The notes under the pieces were generated by a model. That model had not been told where the DNA came from, made no database searches, and saw only the letters and a program-made list of their open reading frames with translations. The position numbers were made by a program, and so were the translations under genes. A stretch of 36,579 nt of DNA from a virus (taxonomy: Duplodnaviria; Caudoviricetes), in IMG/VR virus record IMGVR_UViG_3300032212_000082, positions 1 to 36,579 of that record. One strand, written 5' to 3'. This document shows, in pieces, positions 8,146 through 18,747 of the stretch (position 1 is the stretch's first letter; each line of letters opens with the position of its first letter).

Positions 8146-11051
8146 TGCCATTTGTTAAACCACAAAAAGAAACTTTCTTAGCAAGCCCTATTATCAGGGA
8201 TATAGCTGAAGAAGAAACGCCAGACTTTTCAGAGGTTTGGGGCGCTATGTGGCGCAATGAAAATACCATTGGCTCGTATATGCACGAGAGGGACTTTGAT
8301 TTAAGCTCGGTTTATGGCGATCCAAATTACAAGGTGTGGGATAAGCTGACAGAAGAAGAAAAGCTGGACGACAGATTTCTCGACCTGGCTCACAATATTT
8401 CTTCAGACAAAGACCTAGAAGAGTCTAGAAGGTATTACACTCAGCGCAAGAAGGACTTAAATACCATTGCAAGTGGCGGGTGGAAGTCACTAGTAGCAGG
8501 GTTAGGTGCAGGGGTATTTGACCCTATCAACCTATTGCCTGTAGGTGGCGCAGCAGTCAAAGCCTATAAGACAGGCAGTTTATTAAAAGGGGCAATGGCT
8601 ACCGCTACTATTGGCGGAGCATCTGTAGGCGCACAAGAGTTCCTTTTGCATAGAACTCAACTAGAAAGAAATATGAACGATACAGCGCTTAATATGTCTA
8701 TGGGCATGTTCCTGTCAGGCGCTATTGGCGCGGCAGCAGCTAAACTATCAAAGTCCCAGATAAAGGCTTTAGAGGATACTTTAGATGTAGATAAGTTGTA
8801 TAGAGCCTCTGCTGAAGTAGAGGAAGCGGCAAGTCTTAGTGCGGCAAAGACAGTGGATGATGTGAATGTTAAAGGCCGTGTTGCTCAAGCTTTATTAAAG
8901 ACTATTGGCTTTGATCCATTATCAAGAACAATTACATCAGTCTCTAACGCCACAAGAAGAATAGCTAATTCGTTAGCAGAGAACCCTATTTGGATGGAGA
9001 CTAAAGGTTATGCAGGTCAGGCAGTTGAGTCATTTGTAAAAACCAATATCAGCAAACACTTAAATCCTGCATTAATGGACTTAGATAATAGTTATAAAGC
9101 CTATGGCGTAGCGGGTGGCAAGTTAGGTAGACGTGACTTTAATAACGCGGTATCTAAAGAATTAAGAAACCCAAACCCAAATGCAGATCCACATGTCAAG
9201 AAAGCGGCTCAATCGTTTCAGAAGAACGTATATGACCCACTAAAGAATGAATTAATAGCGGCTAAAATGCTACCAGAAGATGTGGATGTTGTTACAGCGA
9301 AGAATTACCTGAACCGTGTTTGGAGTCCTGAGAAGATTAAGGCAAACCGAGGTGAGTTTGTTACCAAGGTAGCTCAATGGCTCAAGCTACAGAATGCGCT
9401 AAAGGAAGGCGCAGAAGAGTTATCAGAAGCAGAATTTACTGAAATCGCACGACAGATTGCACGAAGAGTTGAAACGTCTAGGGACGGCATACTTCCTTAT
9501 GACTGGAAGATAGGTGAAGGCTCAAAGGGTGTTAAAGGTACAAGCGCTAGAGGCGCACTAAAAAAACGTGTATTTAATATCCCAGATGACCTAATTGAAG
9601 ACTTCCTAGAGAATGATATTGAAAAGCTAGCTGGTAGATATGTTCGCCAGGTTGTTCCAGATATTCACCTAACTAAAGCATATGGCGATATTGACATGAA
9701 GGCTGAAATATCAGAAATCATGGATGATTGGGACGCCATCATAGCCAAAGAAACAAACGCTAAGAAACAAGAAAAACTGGAAAAACTTAGAGATAGGGAT
9801 AGAAGGGACATTGAGGCAATGCGCGATAGATTGCGTGGCGTATATGGCAATGATAAAGATCCAAACACCCTGTTCAACCGGACATTAAGAGCTACAAGAA
9901 ATCTAAACTATTTGAGATTTATGGGTGGTGTAACAGCGGCATCTATACCAGACATGGCTAGATTGTTTATGGCAGAAGGATTTGTTAACGCATTTCGATT
10001 CGGCCTAAAGCCACTAATGACGAACCTAAAGCAATTTAAAGTATCCGCTAACGAAGCCAAGTTATGGGGTGTTGGTTCAGACACATTAGTAGGTGGGCGC
10101 TCACAGATTATAGCTGACGTAGGGGATGTCACATTAGCTGGAACAAAATTAGAGCGCGGCCTTCAAACCATGTCGGATAAGTTTGGCAAATACAACTTAA
10201 TGGATTATTGGACAGGTGGCATGAAACAGATACACGCTGTCACCATGCAAACATCAGTCTTCAAGAAGTTAGCTAAAGGCACTTACGACAAGCGATTACA
10301 GCGTTTGGGTATTGAAGAAGCTGATGCTATGCGAATGGCTAAACAGGCTGAGAAGTATGGTGGTATGGAAGATGGTGTATTTGTTACTAACTGGAAAAAG
10401 TGGGATGACCAAGAATTAGCGCAGATGTGGGGCAACGCACTAAGAAAAGAATCAGACAGAGTTATTGTTGTGCCAGGTCAAGAGAAGCCATTGTTTATGT
10501 CTACTGAAATGGGCAAGACACTGTTTCAATTTAGGTCTTTCATGATGGCTGCAACTCAAAGAATGGCTATAGCGGCTATTCAAGGACAAGATAAGAATAT
10601 GCTCGGTGGTTTCGCCATGCTAACTGGGTTAGGGATGATGTCCTACGCATTTAAGCAATGGGACGCTAAAAGACCAATTACTGATGACATGTCTGCACTT
10701 GTTATGGAAGGAATTGATAGGTCTGGTGCAACAGGCATGATTATGGAAATCAACAATACTTTAGAAAAAGCGACAGATAACCACATGGGGTTAAGACCAT
10801 TATTAGGTATAAGCACCCCTGCATCAAGGTTTGCGTCAAGAAATAAATTAGAAAACTTGCTAGGGCCAACTTTTGGATCTGCATTATCCACAGTAGGTAC
10901 AGTGACGGGGGGTCTTGGCTCCGCTTTAAGTGAAGGTGAATGGAAAGACAGCGACACAAGAGCGTTAAGAAGACTGCTTCCATACCAGAATCTGTCGCTA
11001 ATTAGGCAAGGATTTGATACAATAGAAGAATCTGTAAATGAGGCATTATAA
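8145..11051 (+). CDS. Large internal virion (ejection) protein, T7 gp16-like
   Basis: 968-aa ORF with a hydrophobic Gly/Ala segment (DPINLLPVGG...) and motifs NYLNRVWS, KTLFQFRSFMMAA and LRRLLPYQNL, just before the tail fibre. Confidence 0.72.
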   Translation: MPFVKPQKETFLASPIIRDIAEEETPDFSEVWGAMWRNENTIGSYMHERDFDLSSVYGDPNYKVWDKLTEEEKLDDRFLDLAHNISSDKDLEESRRYYTQRKKDLNTIASGGWKSLVAGLGAGVFDPINLLPVGGAAVKAYKTGSLLKGAMATATIGGASVGAQEFLLHRTQLERNMNDTALNMSMGMFLSGAIGAAAAKLSKSQIKALEDTLDVDKLYRASAEVEEAASLSAAKTVDDVNVKGRVAQALLKTIGFDPLSRTITSVSNATRRIANSLAENPIWMETKGYAGQAVESFVKTNISKHLNPALMDLDNSYKAYGVAGGKLGRRDFNNAVSKELRNPNPNADPHVKKAAQSFQKNVYDPLKNELIAAKMLPEDVDVVTAKNYLNRVWSPEKIKANRGEFVTKVAQWLKLQNALKEGAEELSEAEFTEIARQIARRVETSRDGILPYDWKIGEGSKGVKGTSARGALKKRVFNIPDDLIEDFLENDIEKLAGRYVRQVVPDIHLTKAYGDIDMKAEISEIMDDWDAIIAKETNAKKQEKLEKLRDRDRRDIEAMRDRLRGVYGNDKDPNTLFNRTLRATRNLNYLRFMGGVTAASIPDMARLFMAEGFVNAFRFGLKPLMTNLKQFKVSANEAKLWGVGSDTLVGGRSQIIADVGDVTLAGTKLERGLQTMSDKFGKYNLMDYWTGGMKQIHAVTMQTSVFKKLAKGTYDKRLQRLGIEEADAMRMAKQAEKYGGMEDGVFVTNWKKWDDQELAQMWGNALRKESDRVIVVPGQEKPLFMSTEMGKTLFQFRSFMMAATQRMAIAAIQGQDKNMLGGFAMLTGLGMMSYAFKQWDAKRPITDDMSALVMEGIDRSGATGMIMEINNTLEKATDNHMGLRPLLGISTPASRFASRNKLENLLGPTFGSALSTVGTVTGGLGSALSEGEWKDSDTRALRRLLPYQNLSLIRQGFDTIEESVNEAL

Positions 11052-14000
11052 TGACTGTTCAAGATAGAGGTGTTCGTACTGAAATCACTGCTACAGCAGG
11101 GCAAACTGTTCTGACGTATGACTTTGAGGTGCATGAGGATGCTGATTTAGCGGTGTTCAAAGACGGCACAAGGCTAACACTAACAACTGATTACACAGTA
11201 TCTGGCGCTGGCGCTGATACAGGTGGGACAATCACCTTGGTCACTCCCGCCTCTGCTGGGGAGGTATATATATTTCTCCGTGATATGGATTTAGATAGAG
11301 AGCAGGATTACGCTGATGGCGGAAACTTTAAGGCACAGCAAGTCAATGATGATTTCGATAGACTGTGGTTAGCAATTCAGCAAATCACTGGCGGTGGCGA
11401 TACCTTAACTATTGATTTAGATGATGACGATACATTTTCTACACTCATCCCTAAACCAACGATCCCTTTAACATATCTTCGTGTTAATGCGGCCCTAACC
11501 TCATTGGAATGGGCTGATCCAAACGGAACATCCCCACTAACCTCTATTACAGGCATTATCAACTTAGACGATTACGTTACTGTTGACGGTGCGGCCTCAA
11601 CTGAGATTAATGAAGCATGTGCAGCATGTCGCTCTAACCGATACGCCTTAGTATCATATGACCCAACAAGAACCTACACACTAGATGCTCAGGTGGATAT
11701 GAGGGGAATACCTTTTATTAACCTGGCTTGTTCATTTGACACAACCCCTATTGATAACACAGCGGTTGCCTCAACACGCACAGTAAATGGCGTAGCCAGT
11801 ACGTGGGATAACTACTGCATGATTGTGGGCGGATTTTCCTACAGCACCAGTACAGGCGGTACAGGCAATTACGTTTACACCTTTGGTGACAATGACGATA
11901 AAACTGCGGGGCTAACTGCGGGACTACAAGCCTTACTAGACGCCTCTGTAGGCGCTACAGTAAACGGCATACTTAAAGTGGCAGGAGCGCCTTCTGCTGG
12001 TGAGTTTAATGTTTCTACGACGGCTTATGCTGGTGAATACGATGAGAGCATTATTGATTGGCGATTCCGCGGTGAGTTTAAGTCATCCAATGTAACTGGT
12101 GTTAATCACACTGTCAGACCTCAGTTATCCATTAATGGCGTAAAGAACTTTCACATAGAGATAGGTAAAGCAAAATACGTTCGCTTTTATCAGCAAGACA
12201 CTTTAGAGGCTGGTGTAAGAAGTTACAACTCAAACGCTTATGGCCGCGTTGATTTAACAGCACAAGTTAATTTACTTGAGATTGATAACGATCAAAGAAA
12301 TGAATTAGAAGTCCCTACTGTTGGTTGGTTCACAGAGGTGGAAATACATAATGGCCGACTCATTCAAGTTAAAGACTACGATAAAGGGTACATACATAAC
12401 CATGTTCGCTTCTATGGAAATAACTTTGAGGAGCAAGCTTGTCGAGTTGATTTAGAAGTAGCTTCTAACTGGTTATTCAAAGATCAACGCTGGGAAGGCA
12501 TTAGCAAGTCCTACACAATAACAGGCATTACCGAAGCTAACCCTGCGGTAGTAACTGTCGATGAACACTTCCAAGAAACTGGTGATGAAGTATATATCTA
12601 CGCAGTCACCGGGATGACATTAGCTGAAGGCTATTATACGATTACCAAAATATCAGACACGCAGTTTAGTCTGGACAGCACTGACACCACTAGTGCCGGG
12701 GCGTTTGTCTCAGGCAATGCGCGTGGTTCTACATTAATCTTAGGCGAGAAGACCTATCTAAACAGCTTCCATGGAACATGGGTGGCGTCTCTCAACCCAT
12801 ACGGCTATCTGAAATCCCCATTTCTCTCATCAGGGGTAATAGACAACGGTGTTGGCAATGAGTATGCCTTAGAGAGAGCAGAGCAAAAGAAACGCACCGA
12901 AGTATTTAGCTTTTCAGGCGACAACACATTAGTAAGTAACGGCGTAGTCTTAAACTCTTCTAGCTCATCATCTAACATTAAAGGCTTGGTAGGCATCCCT
13001 GAAGAGCGCAGAAACTATGCCGGTCCAGGCGGCGCTGTTCCTTCACCAATTAGTTCATACTTCCCTAACGCATTTACACAAGTATGTGAAAGCCCATTAA
13101 TTCCAGTAAAGGCCGGTGATATTTTTGCATTCTATGCCGATGTGCCAGAAGGAAATATTCGATACAACGCTTATCTGTACGACGCAGAAGGCGCTCCTTT
13201 AGTTGTTCCCGCAGCACAGCAAGTGCCTAACCAGAATATCTTAACAGGCGCTGGAATGTGGTTTAGCTCATCTGAGCTAACAACCTACACGGCAGACGGC
13301 TCATTTGCTTCAGGGCAGTTAACAGGCGATGACGCATTTGAAAATTCAGGGCTAACCCCTAACGCATCATGCTCCATTATCACTAACGACATTGCCTACA
13401 TTCGATTCAAGGTGTATACCGGGGATGTGGCTTGCCAGATAAAGCATGTATCTTGTTATTACTACGAGAACGCGCAAGGCAACTCAGCAGTAGTAGCCAG
13501 ACTAGAGAAGCAACCAACAACCTTGTATCTTGATTCAGAGCCTACTATGGGCTTTGCTGATATGGGAACGGTTTGTAGCACCGAGGCAGGGGATTATGTC
13601 TGCTCATTTGCATTGGCAACTAAACTCAATGGGGCTTTGGCTAATGGCGCGACAAGTGTAACTGTTGAAGATGTATCCTTAGACACTCCATTAACAGGCG
13701 CGTTACAAGCTGGCGATCTAGTAGGCATACTCTTAACTGACAATACAATGCACTGGACAGCTGTTGATTCTGGGTATGCTTCTGGATTGACATTTACTAT
13801 CGACACTGGTGTTGACAGCCCAACGGGAACTGCCTCAATAGGCGCTGCTGATGGCGCCATAGTGTACTTGGTGAGATGGACAGCCGCCGGTGGTGACTGG
13901 ACTTATAGTGCGGTTGACTCAACAATTGCTGTACAGGATATTGATTTTACCTCTCTTCCTGCTGGGTTAAATGAGATAGAGGTTTATGTTACTGAGATGC

Positions 14001-14365
14001 GCTTTAATGGCGGTGGCGAACTTCAGATCCAGCTAGGTGACTCAGGCGGATTTGAGACTACTGGCTATGTGGGCAGAGTGTCAGCAGACGATGCAACCAA
14101 TACTAACTTTAGTGCTGGATTCCAGTTATGCAGAAATCAATCTGCGGCACAGAACAACTACTTTAAGGCTAGTATGGTTAGGGTCCCAGGAACAAATAGG
14201 TGGCAGTGTCACGGAACTAACGCAAACCATACAGGAGTCGTGTCACAATTGTGTACAGCTAATGGCTTTAAGTTGCTCTCAGATGAACTAACCCAGGTTA
14301 GAGTAACGTCCACAGGTAGTGACAACTTTAACTCAAACGATGGGATATTTATTAGATACAAGTAA
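11051..14365 (+). CDS. Tail fibre/tailspike with a T7-type N-terminal anchor
   Basis: The first ~110 aa (TYDFEV...LTLTTDYTVSG...QVNDDFDRLWLAIQQ) match the T7 gp17-like anchor. The body is Gly/Thr/Asn-rich and beta-type. The C-terminal domain contains IDFTSLPAG...IQLGDSGGFETTGY. Confidence 0.88.
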   Translation: MTVQDRGVRTEITATAGQTVLTYDFEVHEDADLAVFKDGTRLTLTTDYTVSGAGADTGGTITLVTPASAGEVYIFLRDMDLDREQDYADGGNFKAQQVNDDFDRLWLAIQQITGGGDTLTIDLDDDDTFSTLIPKPTIPLTYLRVNAALTSLEWADPNGTSPLTSITGIINLDDYVTVDGAASTEINEACAACRSNRYALVSYDPTRTYTLDAQVDMRGIPFINLACSFDTTPIDNTAVASTRTVNGVASTWDNYCMIVGGFSYSTSTGGTGNYVYTFGDNDDKTAGLTAGLQALLDASVGATVNGILKVAGAPSAGEFNVSTTAYAGEYDESIIDWRFRGEFKSSNVTGVNHTVRPQLSINGVKNFHIEIGKAKYVRFYQQDTLEAGVRSYNSNAYGRVDLTAQVNLLEIDNDQRNELEVPTVGWFTEVEIHNGRLIQVKDYDKGYIHNHVRFYGNNFEEQACRVDLEVASNWLFKDQRWEGISKSYTITGITEANPAVVTVDEHFQETGDEVYIYAVTGMTLAEGYYTITKISDTQFSLDSTDTTSAGAFVSGNARGSTLILGEKTYLNSFHGTWVASLNPYGYLKSPFLSSGVIDNGVGNEYALERAEQKKRTEVFSFSGDNTLVSNGVVLNSSSSSSNIKGLVGIPEERRNYAGPGGAVPSPISSYFPNAFTQVCESPLIPVKAGDIFAFYADVPEGNIRYNAYLYDAEGAPLVVPAAQQVPNQNILTGAGMWFSSSELTTYTADGSFASGQLTGDDAFENSGLTPNASCSIITNDIAYIRFKVYTGDVACQIKHVSCYYYENAQGNSAVVARLEKQPTTLYLDSEPTMGFADMGTVCSTEAGDYVCSFALATKLNGALANGATSVTVEDVSLDTPLTGALQAGDLVGILLTDNTMHWTAVDSGYASGLTFTIDTGVDSPTGTASIGAADGAIVYLVRWTAAGGDWTYSAVDSTIAVQDIDFTSLPAGLNEIEVYVTEMRFNGGGELQIQLGDSGGFETTGYVGRVSADDATNTNFSAGFQLCRNQSAAQNNYFKASMVRVPGTNRWQCHGTNANHTGVVSQLCTANGFKLLSDELTQVRVTSTGSDNFNSNDGIFIRYK

Positions 14366-14374
14366 GGATAAGTT

Positions 14375-14761
14375 ATGGGAACATCAGACAGACAGAGGGA
14401 TTTTGCGGAGATAATTGAGCCGTATGCCAAATTGGTTTCTGAGCAGAACACGCAGACTAATAATCGTCTTCGTGATTTAACAGAGTCAATAAATGAATTA
14501 GCTCAGGCTCACATAAGAACTGAGCAGATACATACTGAAAACAAAGAGCGATTTAGGGGTATCTCAAAACGTCTTGAAGGACATGACGACAAGATTACTG
14601 AACAAGAAAAAAAAATTTCGGCTCATGAAACGAGAGTAACTGTTTTGGAGTCAGGTCAAGAGGCCAACGCAAAGCCACGAGAGTGGGCTGAAAAGGTGGT
14701 GTTTATTGCCATCGCAATATTTATGAGTACCTTCCTTGCTACAATGCTTGGAAGTAATTAA
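14375..14761 (+). CDS. Coiled-coil protein with a C-terminal transmembrane helix (possibly holin-like)
   Basis: Heptad-rich 128-aa ORF ending VVFIAIAIFMSTFLATMLGSN. Confidence 0.6.
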   Translation: MGTSDRQRDFAEIIEPYAKLVSEQNTQTNNRLRDLTESINELAQAHIRTEQIHTENKERFRGISKRLEGHDDKITEQEKKISAHETRVTVLESGQEANAKPREWAEKVVFIAIAIFMSTFLATMLGSN

Positions 14762-14772
14762 CAGGAGCTAAC

Positions 14773-15012
14773 ATGGCAACATTAACAGACGGGGATGTCT
14801 TCATAGTCCCAAACACGGGGATATACTCGGTTGCATTCGTAATGAGTGCTGGCACAGCTAAGATAGAACTATCCTTAGACAAGGGTGTTTCTTATACTGA
14901 TATGTCAGATTCAAGTGTATCAGCAACAACTACATTCAATGTTGAGGCAACCCAAGGCAGCCTACTAAGAGCGGCACTTACTGGCGATGCCACTATGCAG
15001 ATAGATGGCTAA
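14773..15012 (+). CDS. Small beta-sandwich virion protein (possible spike/fibre base)
   Basis: 79 aa with alternating beta-strand pattern (GTAKIELSLDKGVSYTD...LRAALTG). SD AGGAG. TAATG-coupled to the next gene. Confidence 0.55.
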   Translation: MATLTDGDVFIVPNTGIYSVAFVMSAGTAKIELSLDKGVSYTDMSDSSVSATTTFNVEATQGSLLRAALTGDATMQIDG

Positions 15013-16484
15013 TGGCAACTGCTAACGACCTCAACATATCTGGTTGGACTGTGCAGAGTTCTACCCCTCTAAGAGATGGTAGTTTCCCTGCATCCGTTCG
15101 AACTGAATCCAGTTCATACGCACCAAGTGCAACAGCAAGAATAATCTATGTTGATTCAACACTTGGAAATGATGGTACAGGCGCACCAACTAATCTTGCA
15201 GCACAACCAGACCCGTTCATCCCTGATGGGAACGAACTACCATATCAGTCCATTTCAGCCGCATCATCTCAATTAAGGAGTGGTGAAGGCGACTGGATTC
15301 TATTTAAGAGAGGAGAGTCGTTCGCAGGCTCGCTAGGTTTAGCGGCATCCACAGATGGGTCATCTGCGGTATTGCCAACTCTGATTGGCTATTATGGCTC
15401 AACAGGCGATAGGCCTGTCATTTCAAATGGCGCAGGAACTGTTGCTAATGTGACTAGTGGGTCAGCCAATTATATAACTTTCTATGGATTAAAAATCTAT
15501 TGTGCAGAGCGTGACCCTGATAACGTTGGTTTCGTCTTAGGCAATGAGTCGTCTGGGGCTTATGGTATCCGCTATGTAGGATCTGGTGGTGGCTCAGATA
15601 TAGTTGTTGATGACTGCGATATATCTTACTTCAAGGATGGCATCGTCATCCAGACAACAGGCACAGCATATCAGAATATAACAGTCAAAAACTCTATCAT
15701 CCACGACCAACTTTATGACCTCAGTTCAGGCTACTCATCTGGGATATTCTTATCAGGGGTTGAGGGTTCAATTCGCGTTAATGATAACTTCTGGTATCAC
15801 AACGGATGGCATGAAAATGGCTCTCTGTCTGGCTGTCACAGACACCAATACAACCACAATGTTTACTTCCAACACAACAATAACGGAGCAGATGCAGACT
15901 TCAAGAGAAATGTATCACTAGAGGGTGCTAGTCATGGTTGTCAAGGGCGCATGGGTGGAACATATGAAGATAACTTATATGCTCGATGCGCTGTGGGTTA
16001 CTCAAAGGCAGGGGTAGATGTTCCTTTTGATAATGGAGTCACAGGCATTTCACTAAAGCAGGTGATTATTGAGGGCATGAGAATGGATGCCACTGACCCT
16101 CAAAACGCAGGAACTACAACGGCTGTATACGGGGTTTATATTGTTGGTTATACAGAAGATAACGGTGGTGAGGCGGTTGTACAGGACACTATTGTAGCAA
16201 ACAGATTAGAGTCTGGGACAAATGTAGGAATAACGCAACAAGGTTTCGCAACATACACGAACAACATCGTATTCAACTGGAACGCAACAGAAGATGCGCC
16301 AGATACGTTCACAGACGCAAGCAGAAACGTAGACAGCTATATGGTCAGCGAGGGATTGGGGACAACATACGATGACTTTGTTTCATGGCATTTAGCTCGA
16401 CCAACAGGTACAACTCATGGCCTGTACTCAGCACCCAATGTAAACGACTATATCCGAGAAGGATTTGACTTGGTGGTATCATAA
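15012..16484 (+). CDS. Right-handed parallel beta-helix protein, copy 1 (putative polysaccharide depolymerase)
   Basis: Motifs IIYVDSTLGNDG, DWILFKRGESF, NITVKNSIIHD, NFWYHNGW and HNVYFQ, with Asn/Gly ladders. Paralogue of 17287-18747. Confidence 0.75.
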   Translation: MATANDLNISGWTVQSSTPLRDGSFPASVRTESSSYAPSATARIIYVDSTLGNDGTGAPTNLAAQPDPFIPDGNELPYQSISAASSQLRSGEGDWILFKRGESFAGSLGLAASTDGSSAVLPTLIGYYGSTGDRPVISNGAGTVANVTSGSANYITFYGLKIYCAERDPDNVGFVLGNESSGAYGIRYVGSGGGSDIVVDDCDISYFKDGIVIQTTGTAYQNITVKNSIIHDQLYDLSSGYSSGIFLSGVEGSIRVNDNFWYHNGWHENGSLSGCHRHQYNHNVYFQHNNNGADADFKRNVSLEGASHGCQGRMGGTYEDNLYARCAVGYSKAGVDVPFDNGVTGISLKQVIIEGMRMDATDPQNAGTTTAVYGVYIVGYTEDNGGEAVVQDTIVANRLESGTNVGITQQGFATYTNNIVFNWNATEDAPDTFTDASRNVDSYMVSEGLGTTYDDFVSWHLARPTGTTHGLYSAPNVNDYIREGFDLVVS

Positions 16485-17287
16485 TGACAACTCTATTAGT
16501 ACAGGAAAAAGCGGCAACTAACAACAACTCGAACCCTGCTACAGTTACACTTGATGCACCTGCAACAGCAGGAAATATACTGTTCTGTGTTGTAGCGTCA
16601 AATCACAATGCGCTTACATCATTCACTGCGCCTACTGGGTTCACCATCCCGACAGATGGGCAGATGCAAACTGCTAGCAATCAGGCAGGAATAGCCATTG
16701 CTTACAAGGAAGCGGTTGGTGGTGAAACGGCTATTAGTTGGACTTCGGACAGAGATCCAGATAACTACTCATGGGATGTTTGGGTTGGGGAGTATTCAGG
16801 CTTAACAGGAGCTACCCCTCATGTTGCGGTTATTAACAACACATCAGGATTCTCGACAGTTCAGACGCTATCAACAGGCACAAGCGCAGCAACAACGGCT
16901 GCAAACACTTTCTCTATAGCGGCATGGGTAACAGATGCCGACAACCCAACAGTAACATCAGCACTCTACTCTAATAGCTTCACAGAGGAGCATCAAGACA
17001 CTACTGGCACAACCTTGTTTGTTGCTACAAAATCTCACACAACGACAGGAACAGTAGAGACTACGCTGACCCATGATGGCGCGGCAGAAAACATGGGGTC
17101 ATTACTACTGACATGGGAAGAGAGTGTTGTTACAGCCTCAGTAGACGACATTAACACTAATGAGATTATCTTAGACGCTCAACAGAATAACACTTACGAA
17201 GTCTCAGGCTTCTCAGGAAGCATCACAGGCATTACATTAACCAACGGCACACGCGCTAGCGCTATGACGGGGATTACGGAGGACTGA
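16484..17287 (+). CDS. Thr/Ala-rich beta-sandwich virion-type protein, copy 1
   Basis: Motifs ATAGNILFCVV, PTGFT, AIAYK and WVGEYSGLTGATP are shared with 18744-19862. TAATG coupling. Confidence 0.65.
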   Translation: MTTLLVQEKAATNNNSNPATVTLDAPATAGNILFCVVASNHNALTSFTAPTGFTIPTDGQMQTASNQAGIAIAYKEAVGGETAISWTSDRDPDNYSWDVWVGEYSGLTGATPHVAVINNTSGFSTVQTLSTGTSAATTAANTFSIAAWVTDADNPTVTSALYSNSFTEEHQDTTGTTLFVATKSHTTTGTVETTLTHDGAAENMGSLLLTWEESVVTASVDDINTNEIILDAQQNNTYEVSGFSGSITGITLTNGTRASAMTGITED

Positions 17288-18747
17288 TGGCTACTGCTAA
17301 TGACTTAAATATTAGTACATGGACTGTTCAGGGCAGTAGTCCGATTAGGGATGGTGAGTTTGCTTCAGGCGAGAGAACATCCTTCCCACCTAGTTATTTG
17401 CCTGCTGCTACATCACGCATTATGTATGTGTCAGACTCAGGCAATGATGGTACAGGTGCGTATACGGATTTAGCTACTGTAGTAACGCCATTTGAACCAC
17501 AAGCAGCAGTCAATGAATACGCAACCATCGAGGCTGCATTAACTCAGGCAAGGGATGGTCAAGGCGATTGGGTTTTATTGAAGCGTGGTGATAGCTGGAC
17601 TATTACAGCGTCCTTATCAGGCGCATTACTCAATGGATTATCATCAACAAATACGTTTTTATTAGGATGCTATGGGTCATCAGGTGCTAGGCCGTTAGTT
17701 CAGATTGATGACTTGCCTGTAGTGAATTTTAACGGCAATAACTACAACTATTGGACTTGTTACGGAGTAGAGTTTTATGCCTATACCCGCGACCCTAACA
17801 ACGTATCTTATGACAATGGAGCTAGTGGCCCAGATTGTTTGCGGCTTGTGGGTGGTGGTGATTACCTAACAGTGGACGACTGCAAGATAGGATTCTTTTC
17901 AGAGTCCATTAATGTTGATGCTTTTGATATTTATAACGCATCAAACGTCACAATAAAGAATAACATCCTTCATAACTCATGGCAGTTATACGATGGTGCT
18001 AGTTATTGTTCAGGCGTTTTCTGTGAGGGTGTCGTGGGGCTAACCGTTGAGGATAACGTGTTTTACAACAACGGTTGGAATGCTGATGTTCCCGAAGTTC
18101 AGGCGCACAGATACACACGCAACCACAACATCTATATTCAACATACCTGTGATGGCACAGACCTGTCAGTACAACGCAATATCTCACTAGACGCTTCTAG
18201 CCACGGCCTTTATGTTCGTCCAGGTGGACAAGTAATAGATAACTTTGTAGCTCGTTGCCCTGTAGGGATAGAGATTGGCTATGATGGCTTTCCTTTAGCT
18301 TCAGGCGTGAATGCACTAGGCGAGGACAATGTTGTCATTGAGGGCGTTGACATGGACTTGTTAGACGCTAATCCACAAACATCAGGCTCTATATGGGGCA
18401 TCAATATCCCTATAGACGCAGAGAACAATGGCGGAACGGTCACGCTTACTACTAACGTAGTAGCTAATCGAATTGACTCAGATGTTGACAGGGGTATTAA
18501 CGACCCATCGGATATAGCAACCAAGACAGGCAATGTGGTTTATGAATGGTGGGCATCTCAAGACCAGACTGATGTTAGTTGGCCTCATCCTGACAGTGTT
18601 ATCACAGACTACATGACATCTATTGGCGCAACAGCCACATACACTTATTTTGTTAGTGAACTATTAACCAGAGAGGTAGGTGAAATCAAACCACTTTATC
18701 AAGCTCCTAGAATTAATAGTTACTTTAGAGCGGGGTTTAATTTATGA
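17287..18747 (+). CDS. Right-handed parallel beta-helix protein, copy 2 (putative polysaccharide depolymerase)
   Basis: Starts MATANDLNIS like copy 1. Motifs DWVLLKRGDSW, NVTIKNNILHN, NVFYNNGW, HNIYIQ and ASSHGL. Confidence 0.75.
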   Translation: MATANDLNISTWTVQGSSPIRDGEFASGERTSFPPSYLPAATSRIMYVSDSGNDGTGAYTDLATVVTPFEPQAAVNEYATIEAALTQARDGQGDWVLLKRGDSWTITASLSGALLNGLSSTNTFLLGCYGSSGARPLVQIDDLPVVNFNGNNYNYWTCYGVEFYAYTRDPNNVSYDNGASGPDCLRLVGGGDYLTVDDCKIGFFSESINVDAFDIYNASNVTIKNNILHNSWQLYDGASYCSGVFCEGVVGLTVEDNVFYNNGWNADVPEVQAHRYTRNHNIYIQHTCDGTDLSVQRNISLDASSHGLYVRPGGQVIDNFVARCPVGIEIGYDGFPLASGVNALGEDNVVIEGVDMDLLDANPQTSGSIWGINIPIDAENNGGTVTLTTNVVANRIDSDVDRGINDPSDIATKTGNVVYEWWASQDQTDVSWPHPDSVITDYMTSIGATATYTYFVSELLTREVGEIKPLYQAPRINSYFRAGFNL

